From a virus (Duplodnaviria > Caudoviricetes), in the IMG/VR virus record IMGVR_UViG_3300037067_003400, positions 1 to 64,000 of that record: 64,000 nt of DNA; one strand, 5' to 3'. Shown here one piece after another: positions 21,501-29,231 of the stretch. Position 1 is the first letter of the stretch; each line of letters begins with the position of its first letter. The notes under the pieces are model-generated. The model did no database searches. It was given only the letters and a program-made list of their open reading frames with translations, and was not told where the DNA came from. The translations under genes were made by a program, and so were the position numbers.

Positions 21501-23805
21501 GTTGCCAATCTCCAGTTCCAGTTACATTAGGAGTGTTAACTAATTGTGATGCCTGAGAACCTCCAGTTTCACCTAACCATGGCGATATATAATAAAAAGC
21601 CCAGCTTGTTCCAACATTAAGTGATGGTTTTATCCAGTAAGATAATTCTATCTGACTCCCATAAGGTATATCTGTTACAATATGTGTAAGGTCTAACCCA
21701 CCAGTTGCCGTTGAGTCCTTCCTTAACTCAACCATCTGTTTAAAAACGCCATTATGGTCTAAGGCAGAAGTAACATAACCAGTAGCTACAGGTGTAGTTG
21801 AACTACCCGTAAGATACCATGGGAAAGAGTTACCCCTTATTGCTGATAAAGCATCTGTATTTGTAACAAAGTTTTTAGGTATCATTTCGTATAGTTGATA
21901 TCCATATCCTGTAATAGTATCAGTGAAAGTTCCTGTTGTAACCTGCCCAAGATAAGTTGGAACATCTGAAGGTAGTCCTTTCTTAATGTTATATCCGTTT
22001 AAGGAAGAACTTGTAAATGTAACAGTCTTATCTGCTGCACCAAGATTAGCAAGTAGTATATACTTCTGTCCATTAGTACCTATTCTTGTTAATGCACTTA
22101 CGTCTAATGTGTCTACTGTTACTTGAGTAGAAGCGTCTAAACCAAGAGCAACATGTGTAAGGCTATTCATTGCAGTAGCTACTCTATCAATAGAGCTTTG
22201 TCTTACTGTACCTATCTGATAATGGTATGGGTAGAATGCTAAACCACGAGCTCCAGCTATTAGAGCCTGGAAGCACATGTTCATCATTTGAGCAGAAGTT
22301 GGAACATTACCACTATCTACATGCATCTGCCCACATTCTATAATCTGCCATAGTGGTTTATGCTGAAGACCAGAATCATAGATTCTTGCTATTGCTGTGC
22401 TTACACCAGATAGAGCAGTGCTATCGTGCACTGGGTATTTATCGTATCCTACTACTTCTGTAAAGTCATTACTTACTTCTAAGGATTTTACATTATCTGC
22501 ATGAACAGCCCATAGTGGGTGGTTAGGATCGTTAGCTTTTACCCAATCAGCCGCAACTTGTAAAGTGTCATAGTATTCCTGGTTAAAATACTCTTGTCCT
22601 ACTTCTTCACATATATGCCACGCAAGTAACCCAGACATAGTCTTGTTATCTGTAACTGCTGATACATAGGATGTAGTTAATTCTGAGGCTACTGCATTAG
22701 GATATGCATGTTCTACACCATCTTTATATTTATTAGAAGCTTGAGCTAAGTATGGTCCACAGGTGTATCTATAAAGTGGAGCTATATACTTAAGTCCATA
22801 ATTTCTATACTGTGTTTGTAATGCTTCTGTGTCCCTTAGCCAAGAGTAGTACATTAACGTATTAAATTTAGCGGCTATTATTTTGTTAATATTACTTGCT
22901 TCATCTGGTAGATGAGGTGCTTGTGTCCAAGCTATTAGTGGGAAAAATAAATTACCATCAACTACACAACGTTTATATTCATCAAAATAAACCGAAGGCT
23001 TAGTAGAACTTGCACTAATAGTAAAATCATAATCTTTATTTAGAAATAGTGCACTGTTAGCAGCAGTTCCTATTGATAGGTTTACATGATAAGTTCCAGC
23101 TGCTAAAGAAGAGGCATCATGAAGTATTGTTTTGTATCCACTGGTAGCATAAGTAGTAGCATCTCTTGTTACCTGTGTAACATGAGAAGAGTTTTCAATT
23201 CTTGAGTTTACTACTATAGCACTAAGTGGTGTATCTGTTGTTGGGAATAAGTAAAAACCTACTTTAACTTCTTTATCTTCGTCGGAATGTATAATTGCTT
23301 TATAATTAGGCTTTACTAAATCATAGAAAGGAACTACAGTTGGGTCTGCTGATAATGATACACTATCTAACCATACATACCCTCCACTTGTTCCAATACC
23401 ACCACCAAGTTTAAAGTATATCTTTGAGATAGCTGTACTACGGTTATACATATAGGCAGTTATCTGTGTCCAGTCCCCCGTAGCTCCTACATTTCTACAT
23501 TGTATAGAATCTGCATAGCATACTGTGCTATCAGAGGCATCTAGTCCTCTAATATCTGTATAGAATGGGGCATCTGCAGCTCCAGAGGTCTTAACCATAA
23601 AGGAAATTATATACTTACCAGCTACTGGAACAGCAGGAGTTTGATAGATAGATTGTATAGTTCCTACAGTTACACTTAAATCTATTTTGGCACAGCCACC
23701 AGAATATCCTGCTGGGTCTATAGTTATAGCGTCCCAGTTACCTCTACCTGAATTCCATCCAGTAAAGTTAGTATCTAAAGTCCCATTTGTAAGTAATTCT
23801 GCCAT
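12559..23805 (-). CDS. Giant (3748 aa) multidomain protein: 3 x [CBM-like + TIM-barrel glycoside-hydrolase-like + beta-sandwich], LamG, 7 cadherin/putative-Ig repeats, helical C-terminus
   Basis: Three copies of F/ID..GR/KR...G..FP...W/Y..[ED][ED]...YP...A...GARG..F; NLLVNPGFETG CBM-like start; LamG W.HLVGTFNG...Y.NG; repeats TATD.D.P...LTFSL...P.GA.I...G.F.W.PT..QG. Confidence 0.8.
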   Translation of the reverse strand: MAELLTNGTLDTNFTGWNSGRGNWDAITIDPAGYSGGCAKIDLSVTVGTIQSIYQTPAVPVAGKYIISFMVKTSGAADAPFYTDIRGLDASDSTVCYADSIQCRNVGATGDWTQITAYMYNRSTAISKIYFKLGGGIGTSGGYVWLDSVSLSADPTVVPFYDLVKPNYKAIIHSDEDKEVKVGFYLFPTTDTPLSAIVVNSRIENSSHVTQVTRDATTYATSGYKTILHDASSLAAGTYHVNLSIGTAANSALFLNKDYDFTISASSTKPSVYFDEYKRCVVDGNLFFPLIAWTQAPHLPDEASNINKIIAAKFNTLMYYSWLRDTEALQTQYRNYGLKYIAPLYRYTCGPYLAQASNKYKDGVEHAYPNAVASELTTSYVSAVTDNKTMSGLLAWHICEEVGQEYFNQEYYDTLQVAADWVKANDPNHPLWAVHADNVKSLEVSNDFTEVVGYDKYPVHDSTALSGVSTAIARIYDSGLQHKPLWQIIECGQMHVDSGNVPTSAQMMNMCFQALIAGARGLAFYPYHYQIGTVRQSSIDRVATAMNSLTHVALGLDASTQVTVDTLDVSALTRIGTNGQKYILLANLGAADKTVTFTSSSLNGYNIKKGLPSDVPTYLGQVTTGTFTDTITGYGYQLYEMIPKNFVTNTDALSAIRGNSFPWYLTGSSTTPVATGYVTSALDHNGVFKQMVELRKDSTATGGLDLTHIVTDIPYGSQIELSYWIKPSLNVGTSWAFYYISPWLGETGGSQASQLVNTPNVTGTGDWQQVKWSSYFYYDVIAGSATGLSGCYLSVPLSNERSTDVANFVDEVPTIVAPKHYFKIRLNQSTVGSALIDDVQLRVTDPQGGQLLPGDPVFLCSLPYNNRIYTDEPSSLYTRNFIQSNTVNPTALGLALLLKNVNTSTVISSATTSIANGLNYIDIELPMTGISASSYILDTYIYNVADSSIVSSYDGTEKRYTRNIEYKTQPREKVSIDRYGRFLKSGTPYFPIVQWVSTDVGNFPLVNRVSMLQTLKDSGFTAIHDYFSRYGSANTGEGLTGLRTRLDECATVGLDYLWCLNAASPSSIFVAPANMQYSFTDPTCGISWTTPDMVASGMVDTFKSHPAMLGWMIFEEPESTDEVAFCKDRYAKIKSWDKENIVFIDHCYRERTSDRNFMDMDAAGFTAYPYYYYYSSYAHYETSGYIPHFTRTYLDHQARTNWLLNKPNLSVLECYEAPLNLRSKDYIFEAYMALITGARGIDWFRYSYLSEKQRLELHKAATAVSKATNAVIGLTSTTQVSANASDVKVLTRTYNGKNYILAANGNTSSIIWGHFEAGTGVYDCTHPHGLTTGDTIQFNRGLNGATKVYGDSPATTGWIDSEVVYTIDTTPSPSTFTVTSATGSTVWPNTKAYLPVEKIKVGTRTTTSNVTFNLQGLPAHTIRVWYGSLDDTYNGMDFSIRTLFTSAGYFTDTIRDLSARSYELVPPNDLTGNLLVNPGFETGTLSGWTNYTAARTAIVNTEYNSGSFSMCLTKATADGSTYAQNRVYGIQPNYRYKLTTYVKVIDTIASPASANTGYIAMSPIQFDSASQGFSSINSAYYNCTDPNLPNNTWYELTVITQPTHENIDSIGYRVGLYGDFSGTVYFDDCKLEEYYIPEYNFKITHPDTLECWYQGDANNITVTGKLTAAANSVALSTLESYATLYSPTDTIIETSTIMDVPDTGDVSHSFTTFNAATTGEYTVTTIVRDKATSAVVITKDLSVIVKPAGSTLPSIYFDDKGRTIDNGTTIFPLIGYTSYASLASPSYGTSYSGKYLQDFDINYVIPMVYNLYIPTDSTSIQINFELYLESLDSIGLKAFLPIYPFTYGSLSWRAALSRIPAATTTLSAITIAVSAFKDNPALCGYTLTDDKYDSASEELTRNHDTIKALDTIKPIIDPQSGDHADFVDRINVGDISGNYQYPISSKNRSGLDIYDSYLDAYNTYKRFSDKVVAAKPAWHVIESCELVDGYTLHLTYDHMLLNAFLAIIGGARGLTFYAVGFHTEAAATVYNRNPNTATDLINLISKIRELEPILISDYATNPVTTSNADIVMRTFDYNGVPVCLAANYTSSTQEHTITIPQDYVTSVTVDNVRGTTTTVPVVTGTITDTLSSFEVRKYTLLPNEAVLDYDLQDAGPSITDYSGFDNTGTAYNTSRIDGPTTDYIYSFNGSSSYISAGNGVSLQAWSSFSIETWAFIPSADSVRQLAMKGTGTGATNDGWYFYTTASAGSTYVGLTVFDAARSGKAKSVIVTPDNWYHLVGTFNGSGIDYYVNGVKAGSTVACTGHSPANSQNLIIGRASNTTASYFNSYLGRVRLYNSALAGSEITTLYNSSKALYDILTLTTIEDKTVDELATLSFTASAVGGVTPYTFSAIGAPSGATLNSSGEFSWEPTEVQGPGSYSFTVRVVDTSSITEEGEGSNPVLNIGFAALTNYAPTNIRADLNNVVNGDEFTQWVASPAYMTSLGALTLSAATAEKIMFMRNTNGLWYVLEDPAISKSGQYMQTVPINITLNTWNGTTFDSLAAAQAYYDSIFLPDTPEWGSDTQIVNIVVNEVNQAPVLASIGNKTVNELEQLSFTATATDDDIPANTLTFSLSGEPTGASIVPTGAFTWTPTEEQGPGVYNFNVIVTDNGVPPLSDMETITVSVSAVNIAPVLGLIGNKTVNEGSALSFTATATDANLPPDILTFSLSGAPSGTSIGVDTGIFSWTPTEVQGPGSYTFNVVVADNGVPPLSAMETIIVTVGDVNTPPTLSPIISKTVAEGATLTFTAVATDADVPVQTLTYSLTDAPSGATIDPSTGGFSWAPTEVQGPGTYYIIVRATDNGTPPLYAERTVTIVVTEVNTAPVIADVPESALIYRDSEYTFTATATDADVPAQTLTFSLVNAPTGASITTGGVFTWTPTESQEGLTYVITVVVSDGALTDSADISIEVGTLFVNTPPVITVDPILTGNERTLMSMQITATDEDIPAQTLTFSLSGQPSGCVIDPSTGLITWTPTEAQGAGTYTFNVIVTDSYGATDMRATHWIVGEVAAPPVLTYIPNKTINELAQLSFTATAADPDIPVNTLTFTLSGAPSGAVMTTGGSFTWTPTEEQGPGVYNFNVVVSDGALTDSQLVQVTVLEVGTVATPTVTLPFKSVYQKPFVLSMAAGQPSTPWTASWTYNNTTVTPTGSTSGLTSGLLDTAGAATYPEIYRELQVGKHTFNYSFYGGVKVSKTIFISIPFGGGHKKTLVYTSEEIIPTDLTPEDVLVGSALVVNYIDLELKDTEDKLIDEYVAIDNLKERIISTTTNALVPVPTEYQSIINKHNINISDYLDAISGQDISNNGIIKEIYENYHCDFNNFDSNEGILFLSQLESMQRSLLNTIGYIESDMFSSLYNASSNTSTLSSTISPIVSISKQTANTSVTLRSEIEESLKIAAREIQRCLVRNLLLGTNAGSRSYYDGRTSVEKLLRSLRAMRSALKHYYMIKSIDWKNLANYAKSQIHNMLIDRGLRLSLDAYTKTIAQITDPIDDFFDNFLNRTECGAFDSLMAVLRSSQYDLVSKYRNLIADFGQKQLTYATLQLDQTKKTSQLIYARKYIPLLDAIISEIESALTTGDFELSNIETALQQSNILKHPVAAAALPVDTTDIDAVESIRTPEDATSKLDSELSLVMPPPPEVPANKTPSNVAEVVIENSVTWHPVDSLPRRSAEMLMFGKNPDNIAYEENKLSISELEQELGVTILSDSDM

Positions 23806-23909
23806 TATATATCCTTATAATATAGGCCACCCAGACTGATGGGGAGGACTACATCAGCCTGAGTGACATCTGTAACAGCTACCTTACCAAAGATACTTTG
23901 TATCTTCTA

Positions 23910-25571
23910 TTAGAAAGTAGCTCTTCTATTAGTTGTTGGAACAAATGTTCTATGTAAATCTTTCTTTGCTGGTTGTCTTCCTAAGTCATTATCAAGATCA
24001 TAATTTCTTCCAGCATGAACATTTAATGCCCCACGAGGAACATCCTTTTCCTCTAAAAATTCTTTAGTATTTAATACTAAGTAGCTTTGTGTAAGATTAA
24101 GTCTAAATGGATCTGCATAGTTTTTGAACATTGCGTAACAAGCTAAACAAACTGCGTCAATAAGATGTTCATCTACATCAGAATATTTAATACTATTTAC
24201 AGATACACCTACTACCCTATATCCTTGCATTTGTCTTGTTAAACTTTTATCATGCTGGGAGAATATAAACTTGTTTTCCTCTAACCATTTTACCAGTATG
24301 TTTACCATAAAAGGTTTTATTGGTTTAGTAATAAGTCCATCTATTGGATCCATTACTTCTATCTTATCACTAAAGGTAAAGCCTTGCACTTTTTTATCTA
24401 AGTCTGATCCTGGGTGATTTTCTCCGTGCATGTGTAGAAGCTCTATCTGCTGTTCTCCGTAACCCCTATCTACATAGATATGTTTACACTCAAATATTCT
24501 ATCTAAGTCTATTATCCTTTGTACTGTAGAGGAAAGCACATACTTTGCTTTTTCTACTTCTTCTACATAACAGAGTTTATATACACCCAATTCTATATCT
24601 AATTCCAGTATTACAATAGAAGGTCCAGCCTGGTATTTATCCCAGTCTACCCCCATTGTTCTAACAGCTTTTGGAGCTCTAAAGCCAGGAACATTAACTT
24701 CTTCTTTACTATAGTAAAAGTAAGAGCGTTGAGCTCTATCTATATAAGAGTTCTTGAATACACCATCAGATATATCTGGGAAGTCTGCCATCCACTCTAA
24801 TAAGAAGTTAGTTTCAGTTTCAGTAGCTCTTGCAGCATCTATCTTTTCTTGTGGATATTCTGGGTTATCTGTTACTGGTACATGTATTCTATCCCATCTT
24901 TCTGATTCTGGGACATTTGTTTGGTCCATAGTACATATACGATGATAGGTTCCACGGAAAGCTTTAGGTGTTGAAGAAACCATACATGATACTTCTCTTG
25001 TAGCATCTCCAGTTATAATAGCATTAATTGCTTTCCAGTCACCTTCGCCCTCTGTTGTGTCATCAAGATAAGCTGCCTCATCTACTATGACATCATCAGC
25101 AGTGCTTCCTCTTATAGAGTCTGCACCTTTCTTAGCTCTTGCTCCAGTGGTGAAGCCTGAGATTGTAGATCCATTAGTAAATTCTATTACATGGAACGGA
25201 CTTGCCTTAGAGGATTTAACTAACTCTTTTACTAAAGGACTTGCGTTAATAAAATTAGATAGTAACCTAAATAAAACTACAACCTGAGATTCTCCAGGGC
25301 ATATAATAAGAACCTGGTTATTATCTTTAGTTGTACTTTTCCATAACGCTCGGATTAATATTCCCCAAGACTTACCAGCTCTTCTATGAACTCTAATAGC
25401 TATCTTCTTTGATTTAGAAGATAGTATCTTTCTTTGCACATAGTTAAGACGTATGTTTCCTCTGTTAGGGTCTTCGGGATTATTTAATATTAGTTCTGCC
25501 CATCTTATGGGATCGGCAAAAATATCTGCTAATGTATTAAGTTCTTCTTTTGATAGTTCATCTATATTCAT
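23910..25571 (-). CDS. terL: Terminase large subunit
   Basis: Walker A HRRAGKS, Walker B VIVDEA, SSTP coupling motif, nuclease MGVDWD and DEHLIDA. Confidence 0.95.
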   Translation of the reverse strand: MNIDELSKEELNTLADIFADPIRWAELILNNPEDPNRGNIRLNYVQRKILSSKSKKIAIRVHRRAGKSWGILIRALWKSTTKDNNQVLIICPGESQVVVLFRLLSNFINASPLVKELVKSSKASPFHVIEFTNGSTISGFTTGARAKKGADSIRGSTADDVIVDEAAYLDDTTEGEGDWKAINAIITGDATREVSCMVSSTPKAFRGTYHRICTMDQTNVPESERWDRIHVPVTDNPEYPQEKIDAARATETETNFLLEWMADFPDISDGVFKNSYIDRAQRSYFYYSKEEVNVPGFRAPKAVRTMGVDWDKYQAGPSIVILELDIELGVYKLCYVEEVEKAKYVLSSTVQRIIDLDRIFECKHIYVDRGYGEQQIELLHMHGENHPGSDLDKKVQGFTFSDKIEVMDPIDGLITKPIKPFMVNILVKWLEENKFIFSQHDKSLTRQMQGYRVVGVSVNSIKYSDVDEHLIDAVCLACYAMFKNYADPFRLNLTQSYLVLNTKEFLEEKDVPRGALNVHAGRNYDLDNDLGRQPAKKDLHRTFVPTTNRRATF

Positions 25572-25580
25572 AGTTACTTG

Positions 25581-25997
25581 TTACCTTCGGGCATACCTTG
25601 CAGCCATCATACTGGCTTCGCTACCTATAAAACCACGTCCTGCTCCTATTGCTTGCATTCCATATTGTTGTGCTTGAGCAGTTGCATCTGAATGTGTGAA
25701 AGAATGTGAGAAGGGCATCTTTATAGAGCGTTGCCAAACATTAGAAGTTTTGTTATATGCATATAAAGCTTTAGCTCCATTATAAAAAAGACCAGGTCCC
25801 TGTGTGATTAACATTGCAGGAAGTGGCCCCATTGTAGTAAATGCTACTGCGTTTCCTATAGCTTGTGTTGCAGATAGTAATGGATTAACTCCATTCTCTA
25901 CCCTACTTTTATAAGCTGGAAACTCAGAAGCTATTCCTAATCCAGCTATACCTATAGACATAAACCTTTTAGATAGTAGACTTATTACACCAGCCAT
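25581..25997 (-). CDS. Gly/Ala-rich small virion-associated protein
   Basis: Amphipathic Gly-rich sequence upstream of terL. Confidence 0.5.
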   Translation of the reverse strand: MAGVISLLSKRFMSIGIAGLGIASEFPAYKSRVENGVNPLLSATQAIGNAVAFTTMGPLPAMLITQGPGLFYNGAKALYAYNKTSNVWQRSIKMPFSHSFTHSDATAQAQQYGMQAIGAGRGFIGSEASMMAARYARR

Positions 25998-26041
25998 TTA
26001 TTATTCCTTTACGTTATAAGAAGACTATAAATAGTCTTCTG

Positions 26042-26545
26042 CTATTTTCTTCTATGTAATGCTAATGGTAAATCTCCAGTAGCTCCAAGCATATCAGGTC
26101 TCGTTACTTCCATCATCCCAGAAGGAGACATCTCAGCTTGGTAACCAGGATGTTTAGTAGATAAAGCTCCTGCTGCTGCTCCTGCTGCTGCTCCTACACC
26201 CATTCCACCCCAGAATAATTTGTTTTGCATACCTTGTGATAATTGGAAAGCTGCATGATCTGTTGCTCCCCAGATATCATTAGCAAAAATAGGAGTCTGT
26301 CTTTGTGCGTTAAAAGGAGTATACCTTGCACCACGTGCTAATAATATACTTGCACCTAATCCAGCACCTGCTATGGTTCCACCAACTGATAGAACCCCCC
26401 TACCTATACCAAGAGCTGCTGTTCCAACAGCTGGCATAAAAGGTAAAGACCCAGTGCCAATAGCTTTAGCTGCAGAAAGTAATCCTCTTCCAGCAAGTTT
26501 AGCACCAGATCCAGCAATCTTATTTATAGGGCCCCAAAAAGCCAT
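26042..26545 (-). CDS. Gly/Ala-rich protein
   Basis: Glycine-zipper-like hydrophobic segments; clear RBS AAGGA. Confidence 0.55.
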   Translation of the reverse strand: MAFWGPINKIAGSGAKLAGRGLLSAAKAIGTGSLPFMPAVGTAALGIGRGVLSVGGTIAGAGLGASILLARGARYTPFNAQRQTPIFANDIWGATDHAAFQLSQGMQNKLFWGGMGVGAAAGAAAGALSTKHPGYQAEMSPSGMMEVTRPDMLGATGDLPLALHRRK

Positions 26546-26632
26546 TTTTTATATATCCTTTGTATAAAAAGTGGAAGCCATTTTTTATATATCCTTTTCT
26601 TTAATTATAATAAGTGTAATTAAAGTTTTGTA

Positions 26633-27214
26633 TTACCTGAACATACCTTTAAAACCAGCTAATCCAGCTCTTGATATACCATAAGATCCCGCTCCAGCTG
26701 ATATTCCACCACCCATTGCACCCCAGAATCCAGATTTACCCTGTCTTCTTGCATGGAAGGCTCCACCTGCAGCTCCAACACCAGCAGCTATTCCATGTTG
26801 CCACATAGGCATAGACCCCAATCCACCCATACCTATCATAGCTGCTTGTCTTAATCCCTGAATGTTACCTCCTGGAAGTAACGGAGCTCGTGTCATTAGT
26901 TGATCAGCTGCAAATATACTACGATTCATATAGTTTCTAAAACCATAGCTTGCAACAGCACCTGCTCCAAGTCCCATTCCAGCACCAACTAAAGCTCCTT
27001 TAGCAAAGCTTTGATTATTCATTCTGGCACTGACTCCACCAGCTAAAGCACCACCGCCCATATAGGCAGCCATGCGTCCTATGCCACGAGCATTTAGCCC
27101 AGCTAAGAATCCTTCTGTGCTTTTGGTATACATACTACCTAAGGTAGCTTGACCTACAGATTTTCCTACAGCTGCTAATTGTCGTGCAGCTCCAGGTATG
27201 AGACCTAAGTTCAT
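26633..27214 (-). CDS. Gly/Ala-rich glycine-zipper protein
   Basis: GGGALAGG, GALVGAGMGLGAG and GAMGGGISAGAG segments. Confidence 0.55.
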   Translation of the reverse strand: MNLGLIPGAARQLAAVGKSVGQATLGSMYTKSTEGFLAGLNARGIGRMAAYMGGGALAGGVSARMNNQSFAKGALVGAGMGLGAGAVASYGFRNYMNRSIFAADQLMTRAPLLPGGNIQGLRQAAMIGMGGLGSMPMWQHGIAAGVGAAGGAFHARRQGKSGFWGAMGGGISAGAGSYGISRAGLAGFKGMFR

Positions 27215-27245
27215 AGTGTCACCTTACTTCTTTGCTTTTCCTGTA

Positions 27246-28001
27246 TTAGCTGGTGTCATATTCGGAGGAGCCAGTACTGCTGGCAGTGTCTTCGTCTGCG
27301 TCTTCAATGTTCCCACCGGGGAGGCAGGTTTGCTGTTCGTTCCCTTGCTCATTAGTTTCCTTCGCTTTCTTTAATATTTGTGACATAAAGTTACCAGTAT
27401 TAGAGACAACTTTACTTTCTTTAACTGACTTGTCTAACTTATCTTTTCTTGATGCAATAAGTTGTTTATATTTTTCACCTATATCTCTACGAACTTCACG
27501 AGACATTTTAAAACCTAATGATATTTCAGGCTTCAATACTTCAGCACCGGTCTTCTGATTTACACCAGCAGTCACCATATCAAAGATAGGGTGAGACTTC
27601 TGATATAGGTCACAACGTTTCATGTGTATGTGTAACCTTATTAAATCCATTACAAGCTGAAGGTCTGTAAAGTCATCTGGAGATATTTCTAATTCTTTAA
27701 CATATCCTACAAATAATCTTGTAGCTTCCATTAGTTCTATAGGACAAGCTTTGCCTTCAAATTCATTTATACTATCTTCTGGGATAATACATCCGACAGT
27801 GAAGGGACAGCTCTTCCTACCTATACATAAGATAGGTACATCAGTATAGATACCATGTTGACTATTAAGTGTCCTTATAGTCGTAGGTGTCCATGCTCCT
27901 CCAAGTTGATTAGCTATGAGAGTATCTGTTGGGTATGCATTAAGGATATTTTCTATAGGAGTTTTTGTAAAGTCTACACGTAGTGCAGGAAGTTTTGCCA
28001 T
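27246..28001 (-). CDS. Cys-cluster protein heading the packaging operon; candidate terminase small subunit
   Basis: C.....CP....C...CP Zn-like cluster with a helical body; upstream of terL. Function inferred from position only. Confidence 0.4.
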   Translation of the reverse strand: MAKLPALRVDFTKTPIENILNAYPTDTLIANQLGGAWTPTTIRTLNSQHGIYTDVPILCIGRKSCPFTVGCIIPEDSINEFEGKACPIELMEATRLFVGYVKELEISPDDFTDLQLVMDLIRLHIHMKRCDLYQKSHPIFDMVTAGVNQKTGAEVLKPEISLGFKMSREVRRDIGEKYKQLIASRKDKLDKSVKESKVVSNTGNFMSQILKKAKETNEQGNEQQTCLPGGNIEDADEDTASSTGSSEYDTS

Positions 28002-28014
28002 ATTTTATTCCAAA

Positions 28015-28132
28015 GTAGGAATACTTAGTATTCCTGATGTAGAAGAACTAATTAGTTCTTCGGTGTAGAAGATATTATATATCTTCGATGTAGTGGATAT
28101 AGTTATATCCACGTGCGGTAGGGGTCTCCCTA
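28015..28132 (+). repeat. Array of five GTAG-initiated palindromes at about 25-bp period
   Basis: GTAG at 28015, 28039, 28065, 28090 and 28118, each overlapping or followed by an inverted repeat; GRTGT(A) linkers between the first four. Confidence 0.9.
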
Positions 28133-28211
28133 AAAGTGATATAAATTTTCTCTTACATATATAAAAGAGGCATATTAATCACACTAATGAGGAAAGTCTA
28201 TGAAAAAATAG

Positions 28212-29231
28212 TTACAAATTATTTAAGTTTTCTTCTTTTATGTAATCTATTGTTCTTTTAAATCCTTCTGGAATAGTTGTAGTAGGGTTCCAACCTAAAG
28301 CTCGTAGTTTGGAAATATCTGGAATAACTGCTTTTCCAGAACTCTTTAAGTAAGTTGGAGCATGCTCCTTAGATATTACCTTTAAGTTTTTTTCTGGATA
28401 TAATCCTACTAAAGTATTTGCTAATTTTAAGATACTTACTGAGCAGTTTGGATTACTAATATTGTATGCATTATTATCGTCACCTTTTAGTAGTATAGTA
28501 CAGAACCCAATAATTGCGTCAGCTATATAACAAAAAGATCTTATCTCAGTTCCATCGCTTCTTATAGATATGTTCCTGTTATTTACTATATCATAAACAA
28601 AGTCTGCAAATACTCTACCATCATCTTCTCGCATTCCAGGGCCATATATGTGTGCTGGTCTTGCTATAACCACACTATTTCTATTAGTATATGCCCAACT
28701 TATGCATAGATTTTCTCCTGCTCGTTTACCTTCTTCATAACAAGATCTTACCTTCAGAATATCTATATAACCATAATCATCTTCAGTTATATTATCTACG
28801 TAAGGAGTCCCATACACAGCACAAGAACTTATATACATAAACCTTTTATGTGGTATCTGTAGTAGATTTAAAGTACCTACTATATTTGATGTTAATACCT
28901 CTACTGGATTTTTTCCAAAGTAAAGAGGACTTGCTATACTTGCAGCATGTACTATAAAATCAGCATAATCTATATCTATAGGATCCATAATATCCTTTAT
29001 AATAAATACTAAGTCTTTCCCAAATTTATTACTATACTTACTAAATCTATTCTTGGCCTTTTCTATATTTCGTACTATAGCAATAACTTTTATATTTAAA
29101 GTTAGTAATACCTCTACTAAATAAGCCGCAAGCATTCCATATCCACCAGTTATAAGAACAGTTTTATTTTTAAACTGTTCCCATGGTAATGGTTGCTTTA
29201 AGATATATTGTATATCTTCTTCTATTATCAT
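28212..29231 (-). CDS. NAD-dependent nucleotide-sugar epimerase/dehydratase (UDP-glucuronate decarboxylase-like)
   Basis: TGGYGMLA Rossmann motif, HAASIASP, YEEGK (YxxxK), IYGPGM..DDGRV, RSFCYI.D. Confidence 0.9.
   Translation of the reverse strand: MIIEEDIQYILKQPLPWEQFKNKTVLITGGYGMLAAYLVEVLLTLNIKVIAIVRNIEKAKNRFSKYSNKFGKDLVFIIKDIMDPIDIDYADFIVHAASIASPLYFGKNPVEVLTSNIVGTLNLLQIPHKRFMYISSCAVYGTPYVDNITEDDYGYIDILKVRSCYEEGKRAGENLCISWAYTNRNSVVIARPAHIYGPGMREDDGRVFADFVYDIVNNRNISIRSDGTEIRSFCYIADAIIGFCTILLKGDDNNAYNISNPNCSVSILKLANTLVGLYPEKNLKVISKEHAPTYLKSSGKAVIPDISKLRALGWNPTTTIPEGFKRTIDYIKEENLNNL

Noticed and set aside
28015-28132. CRISPR array interpretation of the palindrome arrays (also 31986-32118)
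   Set aside because: There is no constant 23-47 bp repeat with unique spacers; the variable parts are themselves palindromes, and no cas gene is visible.
28189-28198. GAGGAAAGTC, resembling the RNase P RNA P4 5' strand
   Set aside because: It runs straight into the antisense of the epimerase gene, and no matching 3' P4 strand or other helices were found.
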